Source: a bacterium
GTDB lineage: Bacteria > Desulfobacterota > DSWW01
Reading direction: 5' to 3'
Length of the DNA stretch: 64,000 bases
NCBI GenBank assembly: GCA_040756235.1
Contig: JBFLZG010000130.1
Location: 32,001-96,000, forward strand
The notes under the pieces are model-generated. The model searched no databases, was not told where the DNA came from, and saw only the letters and a list, made by a program, of their open reading frames with translations. The position numbers were made by a program, and so were the translations under genes. This document shows positions 20,086 through 30,689 of this stretch, one piece after another (the stretch's first letter is position 1; each line of letters opens with the position of its first letter).

Positions 20086-20658
20086 TCAGGGTCGGATGAT
20101 GCGGAAATGCAAGGCGCTGATCAGGCTGCCGTATGAGCCCTGCATCCGCTTGGCCAGCGCGTCGACGTCCCTGTAGTACTGGAACATGTCGATCAGCAGC
20201 ATGTCGAAAGCAGAGCTCGAGATCCAGTCCACCGGCTGTCGGTAGCCGCAGACACAGAGGCAGCCGGTCCTCTGCACGAACGTCCGGATCCTTCGAGGCG
20301 AAACGTCCAGCAGGTTGCAGCTCCCGAAATGGAGAATCCGGCCGGCGCACTTGCCTGCGAGGAGCTCGCCGAGCTCCTCGAGGACGAGACAGGTCTTCTT
20401 GTTGATCTCCAGGGCCCCGGGCTGTCCGTGAAAGGCCAGATATCCGATCGCGTACCGCTCGTATCGCTTGTAAGGCCATTGTTGAAGGTAGTAGGTCAGC
20501 TCCTCCCGGGTTCCGCAGTTCCGATGAATGTAGTGAAGATTGCAGTTTACGCTGAGGAACTCCAGGACCGAGCGGATGCTGGCCCGGTTTCTCATGTCCG
20601 AGTGCCAGTTTCCCTCGAGGCAAAAAACATACTTCTGGTAGTACTTTGCGAATCTCAT
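20086..20658 (-). CDS. DUF6642-like hypothetical protein
   Basis: FCLEGNW, YLAFHG, LHFGSC, GYRQPVDWISS resemble DUF6642 as I recall it; coding-like codon usage. Confidence 0.75.
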   Translation of the reverse strand: MRFAKYYQKYVFCLEGNWHSDMRNRASIRSVLEFLSVNCNLHYIHRNCGTREELTYYLQQWPYKRYERYAIGYLAFHGQPGALEINKKTCLVLEELGELLAGKCAGRILHFGSCNLLDVSPRRIRTFVQRTGCLCVCGYRQPVDWISSSAFDMLLIDMFQYYRDVDALAKRMQGSYGSLISALHFRIIRP

Positions 20659-20821
20659 GCAGAGCCTGTACCGGGTGAGGGCCGGTCGAATGTTAAAGCT
20701 TCATGGGATCGCCGTCAACTGCGCCGGGCACCCGCGCGCCGGCCCGCGCAGCCATGCGGGGCTGATCGGTCGGGCTTGCGCCTGCCCGCGACCTGCCCCT
20801 ATACTCTGTTCTACACAAACC

Positions 20822-21298
20822 ATGATCCGGGAGGGCGGAGAGAGATTGGAGGAGGGCAGCGGGAGATCGAGTCAGGGCAGACACAAGTCCATGGCTCTCG
20901 ACCTTGGCGAGAAGACCATCGGCGTGGCCGTGAGCGACGATTTGGGGTGGACGGCCCAGCCTCTGACGACCCTGAAGAGGAAGAGCCCGCGGGAGGACGT
21001 GGACGAAATCGTCCTCCTGGTGGAGGAGCACCGGGTGGATCAGCTGGTCGTCGGCCTGCCCGTCAACATGGACGGGACCATGGGTCATCAGGCCCGCCGC
21101 GTGCTGAGCTTCGTCGAAAGCATGAAGCAGCGGTTGAAGGTTCCGGTCATCACCTGGGACGAGCGACTTTCCACAGTTGCCGTGGAACGGGTCTTGCTGG
21201 AGGCGGATGTCAGCAGGAGGAAGCGGAAGCAGCACATCGACAAGCTCGCCGCTGCCTACATCCTGCAAGGTTACCTGGATTCGCAGCCCCGCTCCTGA
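20822..21298 (+). CDS. ruvX: YqgF/RuvX pre-16S rRNA nuclease
   Basis: ALDLGEKTIGVAVSD, VVGLP.NMDGT, WDERLST, IDKLAAAYILQ; start uncertain. Confidence 0.94.
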   Translation: MIREGGERLEEGSGRSSQGRHKSMALDLGEKTIGVAVSDDLGWTAQPLTTLKRKSPREDVDEIVLLVEEHRVDQLVVGLPVNMDGTMGHQARRVLSFVESMKQRLKVPVITWDERLSTVAVERVLLEADVSRRKRKQHIDKLAAAYILQGYLDSQPRS

Positions 21299-21330
21299 TC
21301 CGTGTCCTGCTGACGCAAGGAACTTGAAAG

Positions 21331-22320
21331 ATGTGGAAATACGTGACGGTGGCCGCTCTGCTGCTCGGCCTGCCGCTGAGCCTGCTCGGATACTACCGCT
21401 GTCCTCACGATTTGCAGGCGAGGCAGGCCGTCGAGCTCGTGGTCGAAGGCGAAACCCTGTGCGACGTCGCCCGGCGGCTTGCCCGGAACGATCTGCTCCG
21501 TATGCCCCGGCTGTTTGCCTGGCTCGCGCGGACCATGAACATGGATCACTCGGTGCAGGCGGGGGAATATATTCTCCATTCCTCGATGAGCCCGCGCGAA
21601 ATCCTGCGCGGCCTCTCCTCCGGTGAGGTCATCCTGTATCGAATCACGGTGCCCGAGGGCTACTCGGTGAAGCAGGTTGCGGTCCTGCTGGACCAGAACC
21701 AACTGGCCCCGAGCTCGATCTTGCTCGAGGAGAGCCGGAGCGGCTCTCTGGCAAAGGAATTGGGGGTGCCCTCCGACTCGCTCGAAGGCTATCTGTTTCC
21801 GGACACCTATTATTTTTCCAGAGGTCACACCTCGCAGACCCTCCTGGGGACCATGGTCCGGCAGTTCTGGAAATCCTTTGATGAAAGCATGAGGCAAGCC
21901 TTGGACCGGACCGACTGGAGCCTTCATGAGGTCGTCACGATGGCTTCGATCGTCGAGGCCGAGACCAGCCGCAAGGAGGAAAAGCCCCTGATCGCATCGG
22001 TCATGATCAACCGTCTGAAGAAAGGGATGCCCCTGCAGGCGGACCCCACGGTCATCTACGGCCTGGACGAATTCGACGGGAATCTGAAGAAGGAGCACCT
22101 CCTCCTGCAGCACCCGTACAACACCTACAGCATGACGGGGCTGCCGCCGGGCCCCATCTGCAACCCCGGCATCGAATCCCTGAAAGCGGTCCTGTCCCCG
22201 GCGGACACGCCTTATCTCTTCTTTGTATCCCGCAACGACGGCACGCACGAGTTCTCCGCGACTCTGGGCGATCACAATCGTGCCGTGCTCAAGTTTCAGA
22301 AGAGCTCGGGGAAGCGCTGA
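21331..22320 (+). CDS. mltG: Endolytic transglycosylase MltG
   Basis: ITVPEG, LEGYLFPDTY, ASIVEAE, NRLKKGMPLQADPTV, GLPPGPICNPG. Confidence 0.96.
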   Translation: MWKYVTVAALLLGLPLSLLGYYRCPHDLQARQAVELVVEGETLCDVARRLARNDLLRMPRLFAWLARTMNMDHSVQAGEYILHSSMSPREILRGLSSGEVILYRITVPEGYSVKQVAVLLDQNQLAPSSILLEESRSGSLAKELGVPSDSLEGYLFPDTYYFSRGHTSQTLLGTMVRQFWKSFDESMRQALDRTDWSLHEVVTMASIVEAETSRKEEKPLIASVMINRLKKGMPLQADPTVIYGLDEFDGNLKKEHLLLQHPYNTYSMTGLPPGPICNPGIESLKAVLSPADTPYLFFVSRNDGTHEFSATLGDHNRAVLKFQKSSGKR

Positions 22321-22593
22321 AGCAGAGGGGAGGCTCCGGGAAGGCCGGGACCGTGATGCCGATACCCCGCAAGCGGCACAAGCCTCCGGTTCTGCATGGG
22401 GCGTACGTGCTTATCCGGATGGAAGGAATCTTCCGAGCAGGATGCTAAGATCTTGGAAGGATCTGCGGCTGCTCCCTGGAGCTCCGCGGCGTGCGGCCGG
22501 AGGGGATATCGAGAAGCTGGAAGACGCTTCCTCCGTCAGGTCGGATCGCTCCCCGTACTCGGCCGGACGGCCGGGAGCGGCAACGGTCTCGCG

Positions 22594-23022
22594 TCATTCT
22601 TCCTCTTCCTTGATGAACTCACCTATTCCAATGTCTTTGGAAAAGGGGGTTCCGGCGGACTCGGCATAGAGCTTTCGCTGTCGTTCTTCCTTGGTCTTGC
22701 AGGCGACGCAGACCGTTGTCGACGGCATGACTTTGAGCCTGCCGAACGGGATCTTCTCTCCGCATCTGTCGCAAATGCCGAACGTGCCCTCTTCGATACG
22801 TTCGAGAGCGTCCTCGATCTGCTTGAGCTTCTGTCGCTCCCGTTCGTTGAGTCTGAGCCTCAGCTCCCGTTCGCGGTCGCTCGATGCGATGTCGCAGACG
22901 TCCCCTCCTTCGGCTTCCGTGGTACGCGGAGCCGAATCGATCTTGGAGGTGATGCCCCTCAAAAGCAGAGCCCGATCCTGCACGAGCTGGGTCTTGATGG
23001 ACTTCAGTTCCTTCTGGGTCAC
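22594..23022 (-). CDS. TraR/DksA C4 zinc-finger protein
   Basis: DVCDIAS coiled-coil tip, ALERIEEGTFGICDRC, RL...P.TTVCVAC. Confidence 0.92.
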   Translation of the reverse strand: MTQKELKSIKTQLVQDRALLLRGITSKIDSAPRTTEAEGGDVCDIASSDRERELRLRLNERERQKLKQIEDALERIEEGTFGICDRCGEKIPFGRLKVMPSTTVCVACKTKEERQRKLYAESAGTPFSKDIGIGEFIKEEEE

Positions 23023-23071
23023 CGGAGTCTCCTTGTGGTTCGAAGTGGCTCGGAATCAAAAGCGGAGAGTC

Positions 23072-23099
23072 AATATAATTATCCAAGTATGTTTGTCAA
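23072..23099 (-). promoter_or_regulatory. Putative sigma70 promoter of the dksA-like gene
   Basis: TTGACA-N16-TATATT in an AT-rich patch. Confidence 0.55.
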
Positions 23100-23193
23100 G
23101 ACCCCGTTCGATTTTTTCGATCCTGCCATTTCGCACCCCCGGCGGCGGGTTGCGGACCCCCTCCGGAAGGGCCTGAAGCACCTTCCGTGAGAA

Positions 23194-24654
23194 TCATCGG
23201 CAAATGGACTTCCCGGCTTTACGGGCCCTGGCAGGGCCCTCCGGCTCGAGGGGCTCTGCCAGGAGGTCGTACGTGCGTGCTCCCGTGATCCGAACGTCGA
23301 GCAGGGAGCCCGCCGCGGCCGGAGGCGTTCGGCGCAGGCAGACGTGGCCGTCCACCTCGGGAGACTGGTACCGGGTCCTGGCCTTCAGAGAATAGCCGGA
23401 CCCCGTTGCGGCTCGACTTTCCGTCAGCGCGCCTTCGACCAGGACTTGCTGCACGGTCCCCACGTACCGCTTCTGGATCTCCCTGGAGATGCGGGACTGC
23501 ACCTTGAAGACCTTCCGGAAACGCTCCTCGGCTACGCGGCGGGGCACGGGCGCGGGAAGCCGGCTGGCATCGGTGCCCGGCTCGGGGCTGTAGCAGAACG
23601 CTCCGACGTGATGGAACCGGACGAGCCTCAGGAAACGCGTCAGGCTCTCGAACTCCCGCTCCGTCTCGCCCGGAAAGCCCACCATGACCGTGGTCCGCAG
23701 GGCCAAGTCCGGGCGGGCGCGCCGCAGCCTTTCGATCAGCCGCAGGAGGTCGTCTTCCGTATAGGGCCGCCTCATGGCTTTGAGGATCCGCGGGGCCACG
23801 TGCTGAATCGGCAGGTCGAGATACGGGCAGAGCTTCTCCAGCTCGGCCATGGCGCACACCAGGTTCTCGTCGACATGGGAAGGGTGGCAGTACAGAAGGC
23901 GAATCCAGCGCACCGCATCGATCCGCTGGAGCGCGCTCAGGAGCCTCGCCAGGGGCCTGGAGCTGGAAGCCCCCCTCTCTCGACCGTAGGCAGCGAGATC
24001 CTGGGCGACGAGGTTCAGCTCGAGGACTCCCTGCTCCGCCAGCCGTGCCGCTTCTTCTGTGATCTCGGCCGAGCTCCTGCTCCTCAGAGGTCCTCGGATC
24101 CCCGGCAGCGTGCAATAGGAGCACCGGTTGGAGCAGCCCTCGGCAATCTTGAGGTACGCCCAAGGGCCGGGAGCCAACCTCTGCACACGCTCCCCTGCCA
24201 CGCGTAAAGCTCTTGGATGCCGGGGAGGGCGATGAAGGATTCGCCTGGTGCCTCCCTCATGCAAATATTCGTGCAGGACAGGGCCGATCCGGCCCATGGC
24301 AGGTATTTTGACCAGGAGGTCGACCTCCGGGACCTGCTGGAGCAGGGTCGTTCCCAGGCGCTGAACCAGACACCCGGCCACTGCCAGGCACCGGCAGCGG
24401 CCCTGGCGCCGGTAGCGGGCAAACCGCCGGATGGCAGCCAGGTTCTCCTGGACGGCGTCCTGGATGAAGGCGCACGTGTTGAGCAGGATGACGTCCGCCT
24501 CGTCGGGCGCAGCAACGAACGAGAAACCGTCGCCTAGCAAGCGAGCGGCCGTCACTTCCGAATCCACCTGGTTTTTGGCGCAGCCGAGCGTCATCAGGTA
24601 CACGGCCGCCCTCGGTTCCCGAGGCTGCGATGGTGCTGACATTTTGCGACTCAT
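23194..24654 (-). CDS. rimO: Ribosomal protein S12 methylthiotransferase
   Basis: TLGCAKNQVDSE, NTCAFI, YLKIAEGCSNRCSYC, PYLDLPIQH, PEVDG, C-terminal TRAM. Confidence 0.95.
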   Translation of the reverse strand: MSRKMSAPSQPREPRAAVYLMTLGCAKNQVDSEVTAARLLGDGFSFVAAPDEADVILLNTCAFIQDAVQENLAAIRRFARYRRQGRCRCLAVAGCLVQRLGTTLLQQVPEVDLLVKIPAMGRIGPVLHEYLHEGGTRRILHRPPRHPRALRVAGERVQRLAPGPWAYLKIAEGCSNRCSYCTLPGIRGPLRSRSSAEITEEAARLAEQGVLELNLVAQDLAAYGRERGASSSRPLARLLSALQRIDAVRWIRLLYCHPSHVDENLVCAMAELEKLCPYLDLPIQHVAPRILKAMRRPYTEDDLLRLIERLRRARPDLALRTTVMVGFPGETEREFESLTRFLRLVRFHHVGAFCYSPEPGTDASRLPAPVPRRVAEERFRKVFKVQSRISREIQKRYVGTVQQVLVEGALTESRAATGSGYSLKARTRYQSPEVDGHVCLRRTPPAAAGSLLDVRITGARTYDLLAEPLEPEGPARARKAGKSICR

Positions 24655-24700
24655 TTCGGGTCCCCTGGGTGGTCCGGTCTCCCTCCACGGCCGTCCGAAA

Positions 24701-24801
24701 GCGCACGGGAGCACAGTGGACCCCGGCCTTTCGCCGGGGCAGCCCCCCCCCGCCTCCATTCACGAGCGCAACGCAGCTGATGGGCGTTTACGAACAGTCT
24801 G
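24701..24801. repeat. MITE subtype A, partial
   Basis: GCACAGTGGACCCCGGCCTTTCGCCGGGGCAG...GAGCGCAACGCAGCTGATGGGCGTTTACGAACAGTCTG; abuts the lolA TAG. Confidence 0.7.
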
Positions 24802-25530
24802 CTAAAGGGAATCGCCGAGGACTTCCGCCCCTTCGGGCGGCTCGAAGCGAAAGAGACCATCGTCGAAGGGCACGTTGATCTCCCAGTCATGAAAGAAGAT
24901 CTTCGTCACGTTGTGGAGCAGGTCCTGCGACTCTGTCCTTGCCAGCAGGAAGTCCTGCTTGCGGACGGACAGGATCATCTCCACCAGGGAGAGCCGGGTC
25001 TCCGACTTCGGGATCAGGCGCAGCCGATAGTAGGACTCCTGACCGGCTTCCGGGGGCAGCAGGGTGACCGTGAAGGAGTCGGAGAGCCTGCCCTGGGCGA
25101 GCAGGAGACGGACCTGGGCCATGCCCGGAAAGTCCTGCTCCGAAGTCTCCATGACCTGGTTGCGGCCCGGCAGCCACACGTAGACGCGGCCCGGCAGCAT
25201 GTAGATCTCCTGGGCCTCCGGCTCCCGATAGCTCCACCGCACCTTGTCCGGCTTCTGGATGTAGATCTCCCCCGATGACCGCTTGGTCCGCTGGATGGAC
25301 TTGGTCTCGGTCTCCTGATCGAACCGGGCGCGATACGTGCGGATCTTCTGGTAAGTCCCTTCCATGCGTCCGAGCAGCTCTTCCAGCGGCAGATTTCGGG
25401 AGTCTGCCCCGGAAGAGGCGGAGGCTTGCTCCGCCGGCGTTCCCGCAAACACGGGTCGGCCGCCGTCGAGGAAGCATGCCGCGCAGAGAAAGCACCCGAC
25501 CAGCAAGGATTTCCGTTTCAGCTCCCGCAT
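24802..25530 (-). CDS. lolA: Lipoprotein carrier protein LolA family
   Basis: Signal peptide; ARFDQ, SGEIYIQKPDKVRWSY, FRFEPPEGAEV; follows ftsK. Confidence 0.85.
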   Translation of the reverse strand: MRELKRKSLLVGCFLCAACFLDGGRPVFAGTPAEQASASSGADSRNLPLEELLGRMEGTYQKIRTYRARFDQETETKSIQRTKRSSGEIYIQKPDKVRWSYREPEAQEIYMLPGRVYVWLPGRNQVMETSEQDFPGMAQVRLLLAQGRLSDSFTVTLLPPEAGQESYYRLRLIPKSETRLSLVEMILSVRKQDFLLARTESQDLLHNVTKIFFHDWEINVPFDDGLFRFEPPEGAEVLGDSL

Positions 25531-25582
25531 CTTTTCCCTCTCGGATGAAATTCCGCAGGCGGGCCGCGCTTCGGGACAGCCT

Positions 25583-28120
25583 CTACCCCAGCCTGTTCGC
25601 AAGGACCTCTCTGGGTTTGACACCTTCCTGAGGCCCTACGATCCCTTCCTGTTCCATTCTCTCGATCATGCGGGCGGCCCTGTTGTAGCCTACCCGAAGC
25701 TTTCGCTGCAGCATGGAGATGGATGCCTGACGGGTGTCCGTGACCACCTGCACCGCCAGGTCGTACTTCTCGTCGTGTTCGAACACCTCTTCCTCGTCCC
25801 TTTCCTTGCTCTTCTTGGTGCGGAACGGGATCTTCACGTAGCGGGGCTTGCCGTATCGTTTCAGATATTCGACGACGCGCTCGATCTCCGGTTCGCTCAC
25901 GTAAGCCCCGTGGATCCGCCGCACCTTGGATGTGCCCGGGGGCAGAAACAGCATGTCTCCCTGCCCCAGGAGCTTCTCCGCGCCCATCGCGTCCAGGATG
26001 GTGCGCGAGTCGATACGGGAGCTCACCTGAAAGGAGATCCGTGTCGGCAGGTTGGCCTTGATGATGCCGGTGAGGACGTCCACGGAGGGCCGCTGGGTCG
26101 CCAGGAGCAGGTGAATGCCGGCGGCGCGGGCCATCTGCGCGAGACGGGTGATCGCCTCCTCGATCTGCTTGCCGGAGAGGATCATCAGGTCTGCCATCTC
26201 GTCGATCACCAGGACGATATACGGCAGCTTTCCCTGCTCCGGCAGGATGTCGTCCTCGTCGGCGTTCTCGAGGTCGGCCTCCTCCAGGACCGGCTCGGCG
26301 GAGTGCCCGGACGGCGCCTCGGACGCCGGAGACTCCTTGGCGATCCGTTCATTGTAGCTCTCGATGTTCCGGACACCCTTCTCGGACAGGAGCTGGTAGC
26401 GCTGTTCCATGCGCTCGACGGCCCACTCGAGCACGTCCGAGGCGCGCCGGGCGTCCGTGATGACCGGGTGCAGCAGGTGCGGGATGCCGTGATAGGCGGT
26501 CAGCTCCAGCATCTTGGGGTCGATCACCAGGAAGCGGACCTCCTGCGGAGAAAAACGAAAGAGCAGGCTGAGGATCAGCGAATGGAGGCAGACGCTCTTG
26601 CCCGTGCCGGTAGCGCCGGCAATGAGCAGGTGGGGCATGCGGCTCAGATCGGTGCAGACCGGCTTGCCCGCGATGTCCTTGCCGAGAGCCAGCGGAAGCT
26701 TCCAACGGTTCGAGCGGAACGTCTCGGACGTGAGGATCTCCTTGAGATACACGTTCTGGCGCTTGGGATTGGGGACCTCGATCCCCACCACCGACTTGCC
26801 GGGGATCGGGGCCACGATGCGGATGCTCATGGCTTTCATCGCCAGGGCCAGATCGTCGGCGAGGTTGACGATGCGGTTGACCTTCACGCCCGGGGCGGGC
26901 TCGTACTCGTACAGGGTGATGATGGGTCCGGGATGGACCTCGGTCACCCGCCCCTCGACGGCGAAATCCTTGAGCTTCTGTTCCAGCACCTTGGCGTTTT
27001 CCAGAAGCAGCTCCTTGTCCACGCATTCCTGGCCGAGGTCCGGATCGTCGAGCAGGTCCGAGGGAGGCGGCTGATAGATCTCGACCGGCGGTCGGGCGAA
27101 CGGGAGGGCGGCTTGCAGCGGCTTGGGGGGCTGTCTGGGTTCCGGCGCGGCCGCCGGCACCGGCTCCACGATCTTCGGCGGGGGCGCCTCCGCCGGGGGC
27201 GGCAGGGCGGCCGGTTGCGGCTGCGCAGCCTCTGCGGCTTCCGCTGCCCCGGCAGCCTGCGGGGCCGCGGCCCGAGCGCGCTTGGGTCTCGGTTCCACAA
27301 GGAGCGGCCCGGGCCCGCTCGGCTCTTCGGCAGAGGGCTCCGGGACGGGCCGCTGCATGATGGTCTTGCCGTTGCCGGCCGGCGGGTGCCGGCGTGTGGC
27401 CCGGCCCCTCCACCCGGCCGTCCGTCCCTGGAGGCTCTGGATCCAGCCGCGCACGTGCCGCCAGGCTCGAAGCAAAAACGAAGAGAGGCCGGCCCCGGTG
27501 TGCCGCGAGCCTCTCCAGCTCGTCCTCAGGAAGCGGTCCAGAGCGGCGGCCGATCTGCGGAGCGCGCCCAGGACGGAGACCTCACCCAGTGCCGCGGAAG
27601 AGAGCACCAGGATGAGGACCACAACCAGATAGGAACCCGCCGGATGCAGATAGCGCAGCAGCATGCTGGCCGACTGCTGGCCCACGATGCCGCCCGCCTC
27701 CGGGGGCGGCCGTGCCGGCAGCAGAAGGGACAACAGGGCCGAAAAAGCGAGGAGCGACACCAGCGCCAGTGGCAGCTTCCACGGTTCGAATCGCAACGGG
27801 AGCCCGCGCATCACGAAGAAGGCCAGCACCGCGACCAGGAGACCGGCAAAATAGGAGCCGAGTCCCAGGGTCTCCTTGAAAAAGCTCGCGCCGTATGAGC
27901 CGATGGGGCCTCCCAGGTTGCGGACCGCCTCGGGCCTGGGAGACACCTTGTGGAAGAAGCCGGGATCGGTCTCGGGAGAGTACGAGAGCAGAGAGATGAA
28001 CAGAAAGAGGGCGCACCCGAGCAGCCCCAGCCCGACGAGCTCGCGTACCCAGGTCGCCGGACGGGAGGAAGTGCCGCTCTTGTGGGCAGAGCGCGAGGAG
28101 GCTCTGGCGGATCGGGCCAT
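25583..28120 (-). CDS. ftsK: DNA translocase FtsK
   Basis: N-terminal TM domain, Pro/Ala linker, MPHLLIAGATGTGKS, IDEMADLM, ATQRPSVDV, gamma domain SISMLQRKLRVGYNRAAR. Confidence 0.97.
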   Translation of the reverse strand: MARSARASSRSAHKSGTSSRPATWVRELVGLGLLGCALFLFISLLSYSPETDPGFFHKVSPRPEAVRNLGGPIGSYGASFFKETLGLGSYFAGLLVAVLAFFVMRGLPLRFEPWKLPLALVSLLAFSALLSLLLPARPPPEAGGIVGQQSASMLLRYLHPAGSYLVVVLILVLSSAALGEVSVLGALRRSAAALDRFLRTSWRGSRHTGAGLSSFLLRAWRHVRGWIQSLQGRTAGWRGRATRRHPPAGNGKTIMQRPVPEPSAEEPSGPGPLLVEPRPKRARAAAPQAAGAAEAAEAAQPQPAALPPPAEAPPPKIVEPVPAAAPEPRQPPKPLQAALPFARPPVEIYQPPPSDLLDDPDLGQECVDKELLLENAKVLEQKLKDFAVEGRVTEVHPGPIITLYEYEPAPGVKVNRIVNLADDLALAMKAMSIRIVAPIPGKSVVGIEVPNPKRQNVYLKEILTSETFRSNRWKLPLALGKDIAGKPVCTDLSRMPHLLIAGATGTGKSVCLHSLILSLLFRFSPQEVRFLVIDPKMLELTAYHGIPHLLHPVITDARRASDVLEWAVERMEQRYQLLSEKGVRNIESYNERIAKESPASEAPSGHSAEPVLEEADLENADEDDILPEQGKLPYIVLVIDEMADLMILSGKQIEEAITRLAQMARAAGIHLLLATQRPSVDVLTGIIKANLPTRISFQVSSRIDSRTILDAMGAEKLLGQGDMLFLPPGTSKVRRIHGAYVSEPEIERVVEYLKRYGKPRYVKIPFRTKKSKERDEEEVFEHDEKYDLAVQVVTDTRQASISMLQRKLRVGYNRAARMIERMEQEGIVGPQEGVKPREVLANRLG

Positions 28121-28130
28121 GGAAGAAACC

Positions 28131-28255
28131 AGGTAAAAGGTCAAAGGTGATAGGTCAAGAAATCAACCCGCCCTGGTGAAAGGTCAAAAGTGAGCGGCTG
28201 AAGGAGACACCTTCTCGTCGGCCGACTCTTCCCTTTTCTCTTTCACCTTTCCCCT
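28131..28255. repeat. Inverted heptamer (AGGTNAA) array
   Basis: AGGTAAA AGGTCAA AGGTGAT AGGTCAA ... complementary pyrimidine arm CTTTTCT CTTTCAC CTTTCCC. Confidence 0.5.
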
Positions 28256-28260
28256 CTCTT

Positions 28261-28290
28261 CTAGGAGCCTGTCCAAGAATTCGGCTCCTA
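28261..28290. repeat. 30-bp palindrome resembling MITE termini
   Basis: CTAGGAGCCTGTCCAAGAATTCGGCTCCTA; includes the leuA stop. Confidence 0.55.
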
Positions 28291-29835
28291 CGGGCCGCCG
28301 CGCAGGATCGTTTTCTTTTTCTTGAGGTAGTCGAGCTTGTTGAGAGCGTTGACGTAGGCTTTTGCGCTGGCCACGATGATGTCCGTCGAGGCCCCGCGCC
28401 CCAGCGTGGTCTGGTCCGCCTCTTCGAGCCTGACGGAAACCTCCCCCTGCGCGTCCGTTCCGGACGTGATCGCGCTCACTTCGTAGCGGACGAGCTTGCT
28501 GTCGTCCCCGCTGATGGCGCGGATGGCCTTGAAGGCCGCGTCCACGGGGCCGTCCCCGAACTCGGCTTTCTTGATGACCCGACCGTCCATCTTGATCTGC
28601 ACGGTTGCGGTCGGGATGAGGTGGGTGCCGCTTGTGACGCTGAGGAAATCGAGCTCGTAGCGCTCCCGGATCCGCAGGATCTCCTCTGCGATGATGGCCT
28701 CGATGTCCTCGTCGAAGACCTCCTTCTTGCGATCCGCCATCTGCTTGAAGCACTCGAAGGCCAGGGTGAGGTGCTCGTCGGCCAGGTCGTAGCCGAGCTG
28801 CATCAGCCTTTCCCGGAAGGCGTGGCGGCCCGAGTGCTTTCCCAGCACGAGCCGGTTCCGGGGAATCCCGATCGACTCGGGCGTCATGATCTCGTAGGTC
28901 GTCTTCTCTTTGAGCACCCCGTCCTGGTGGATTCCGGCTTCGTGGGCAAAAGCGTTGGAGCCGACCACCGCCTTATTGGGCTGCACGCGCACGCCCGTGA
29001 TCCGGGTGACGAGGCGGCTGGTCGGATAGATGTGCTCGGCCCGGATCGCGGTCTCGTACCGGAAATGGTCCTTGCGGACCTTGAGCGCCATGACGACCTC
29101 TTCCAGGGAGCAGTTGCCGGCCCGCTCACCGATGCCGTTCATGGTGCACTCCACCTGGGTGGCGCCGTGCGCCACGGCGGTGAGCGTGTTCGCGACCGCC
29201 AGTCCGAGATCGTTGTGGCAGTGCACGCTGATCACGGCCCGCTCGATCCCCTGGACCTCCGTTCGTACGAAGTCGATCAGTCGACCGTACTCCTCGGGTA
29301 CGGTGTAACCCACCGTGTCGGGAATGTTGAGGCAGGTCGCGCCCGCGTCCAGGACCGCTTGAAAGATCCGCGCGAGAAAGGCCGGATCGCTGCGCGTGGC
29401 GTCCTCCGCCGAGAACTCGACGAAAGGGACGAGGCTCTTGGCCCTGCGCACCGCCGCCACCGCCTCCTCGACCACCTGATCCGGCTCCATGCGGAGCTTG
29501 TGCTGCATGTGGATCGGGCTCGTGGCGATGAATACATGAAGGACCGGCGCTTCCGCCTTGCGCACCGCATCCCAGGCCCGCTCGATGTCCTCGGGCCGGG
29601 TCCTGGCCAGAGCCACGACCTGGCATTGCCGGACATGCTGGGCGACGAGCCGCACGGACTCGAAATCCCCCTCGGAGGAGATGGGGAACCCGGCTTCGAT
29701 CGCATCCACTCCGAGTCTCTCCAACTGCCGGGCGATCTCCAGCTTTTCAGCCGGATTCATGCTGGCCCCCGGGGACTGCTCTCCGTCCCGCAGGGTCGTG
29801 TCGAAGACCCGAATCGGAATCCTGTCGGCACACAT
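28288..29835 (-). CDS. leuA: 2-isopropylmalate synthase
   Basis: [47 protein letters not shown] regulatory domain. Confidence 0.97.
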   Translation of the reverse strand: MCADRIPIRVFDTTLRDGEQSPGASMNPAEKLEIARQLERLGVDAIEAGFPISSEGDFESVRLVAQHVRQCQVVALARTRPEDIERAWDAVRKAEAPVLHVFIATSPIHMQHKLRMEPDQVVEEAVAAVRRAKSLVPFVEFSAEDATRSDPAFLARIFQAVLDAGATCLNIPDTVGYTVPEEYGRLIDFVRTEVQGIERAVISVHCHNDLGLAVANTLTAVAHGATQVECTMNGIGERAGNCSLEEVVMALKVRKDHFRYETAIRAEHIYPTSRLVTRITGVRVQPNKAVVGSNAFAHEAGIHQDGVLKEKTTYEIMTPESIGIPRNRLVLGKHSGRHAFRERLMQLGYDLADEHLTLAFECFKQMADRKKEVFDEDIEAIIAEEILRIRERYELDFLSVTSGTHLIPTATVQIKMDGRVIKKAEFGDGPVDAAFKAIRAISGDDSKLVRYEVSAITSGTDAQGEVSVRLEEADQTTLGRGASTDIIVASAKAYVNALNKLDYLKKKKTILRGGP

Positions 29836-29870
29836 CGGTCGCGTTTCCTTTCGCAGCTGTCGGGCCCGCC

Positions 29871-30689
29871 TTATCCGGTCGGACCCTGGGCCTGGCCGGC
29901 TTCCTCCTCCAACGGCAGGGCGGCGTTCCTTCTCCTTCTCATCCGGAGAAAGATTCCCCGCACCGGGCCATGGAGGGCATAGATCGTGAAAAGGGTGAAA
30001 AGGACGATCTGAGGCTCGTTCACGATCAGCACGAGCAGGACGATGATCGCCAGGAGCGCCGTGAACGGCTTGCGCCTGCGGAGCTCCAGCTCCTTGAAGC
30101 TGAGGAACTTGATATTGCTGACCATGAGAAAGGCGAGCAGGAAGATCAGCAGCAGGACCGCGAGCTGCTTGGTGGGCCCGGTGACCTGGAATTTGTAGTA
30201 GAGCAGGACCGTCGTGGCCACCAGGCCGGCGGAGCCGGGGATCGGCAGGCCGTTGAACGTCACCGACTCGATATTGTCGATCTGCACGTTGTAGCGGGCC
30301 AGCCGCAGGGCCCCGCAGACGACGAACAGGAACGCCGCGGACCACCCCCAGTTTCCGTAAGGCCTCAGAGCCCACTGGTAGGCCAGCAGGCCGGGCGCCA
30401 CGCCGAAGGACACGAGGTCCGAAAGCGAGTCGTACTCCACGCCGAAGCGGCTCGTGCTCGACGTCATGCGGGCGATCCGGCCGTCGGCGCCGTCGCAGAA
30501 CATGGAAACGATGATGGCCCAGGACGCATGGGCGAAATCGCCGTTCAGGGTGGCCACGATGGAGTAGAACCCGGCAAACAGGCTGGCCGAGGTGAAGAGG
30601 TTCGGGAGGATGTAGATCCCCTTGCGGATGTTCTCCCCCCCCAGCCGGCGCTTCTGCAGGCCCTGGCCTCTCGAGAATCGTTCTCTCAT
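29871..30689 (-). CDS. pssA: CDP-diacylglycerol--serine O-phosphatidyltransferase
   Basis: ILPNLFT, DGADGRIAR..SRFGVEYDSLSD, ALRLARYN, FNGLPIP. Confidence 0.95.
   Translation of the reverse strand: MRERFSRGQGLQKRRLGGENIRKGIYILPNLFTSASLFAGFYSIVATLNGDFAHASWAIIVSMFCDGADGRIARMTSSTSRFGVEYDSLSDLVSFGVAPGLLAYQWALRPYGNWGWSAAFLFVVCGALRLARYNVQIDNIESVTFNGLPIPGSAGLVATTVLLYYKFQVTGPTKQLAVLLLIFLLAFLMVSNIKFLSFKELELRRRKPFTALLAIIVLLVLIVNEPQIVLFTLFTIYALHGPVRGIFLRMRRRRNAALPLEEEAGQAQGPTG

Noticed and set aside
22321..22593. Intergenic stretch between mltG and the dksA-like gene as sRNA or small ORF
   Set aside because: No recognisable motif, RBS-backed ORF or strong structure by eye
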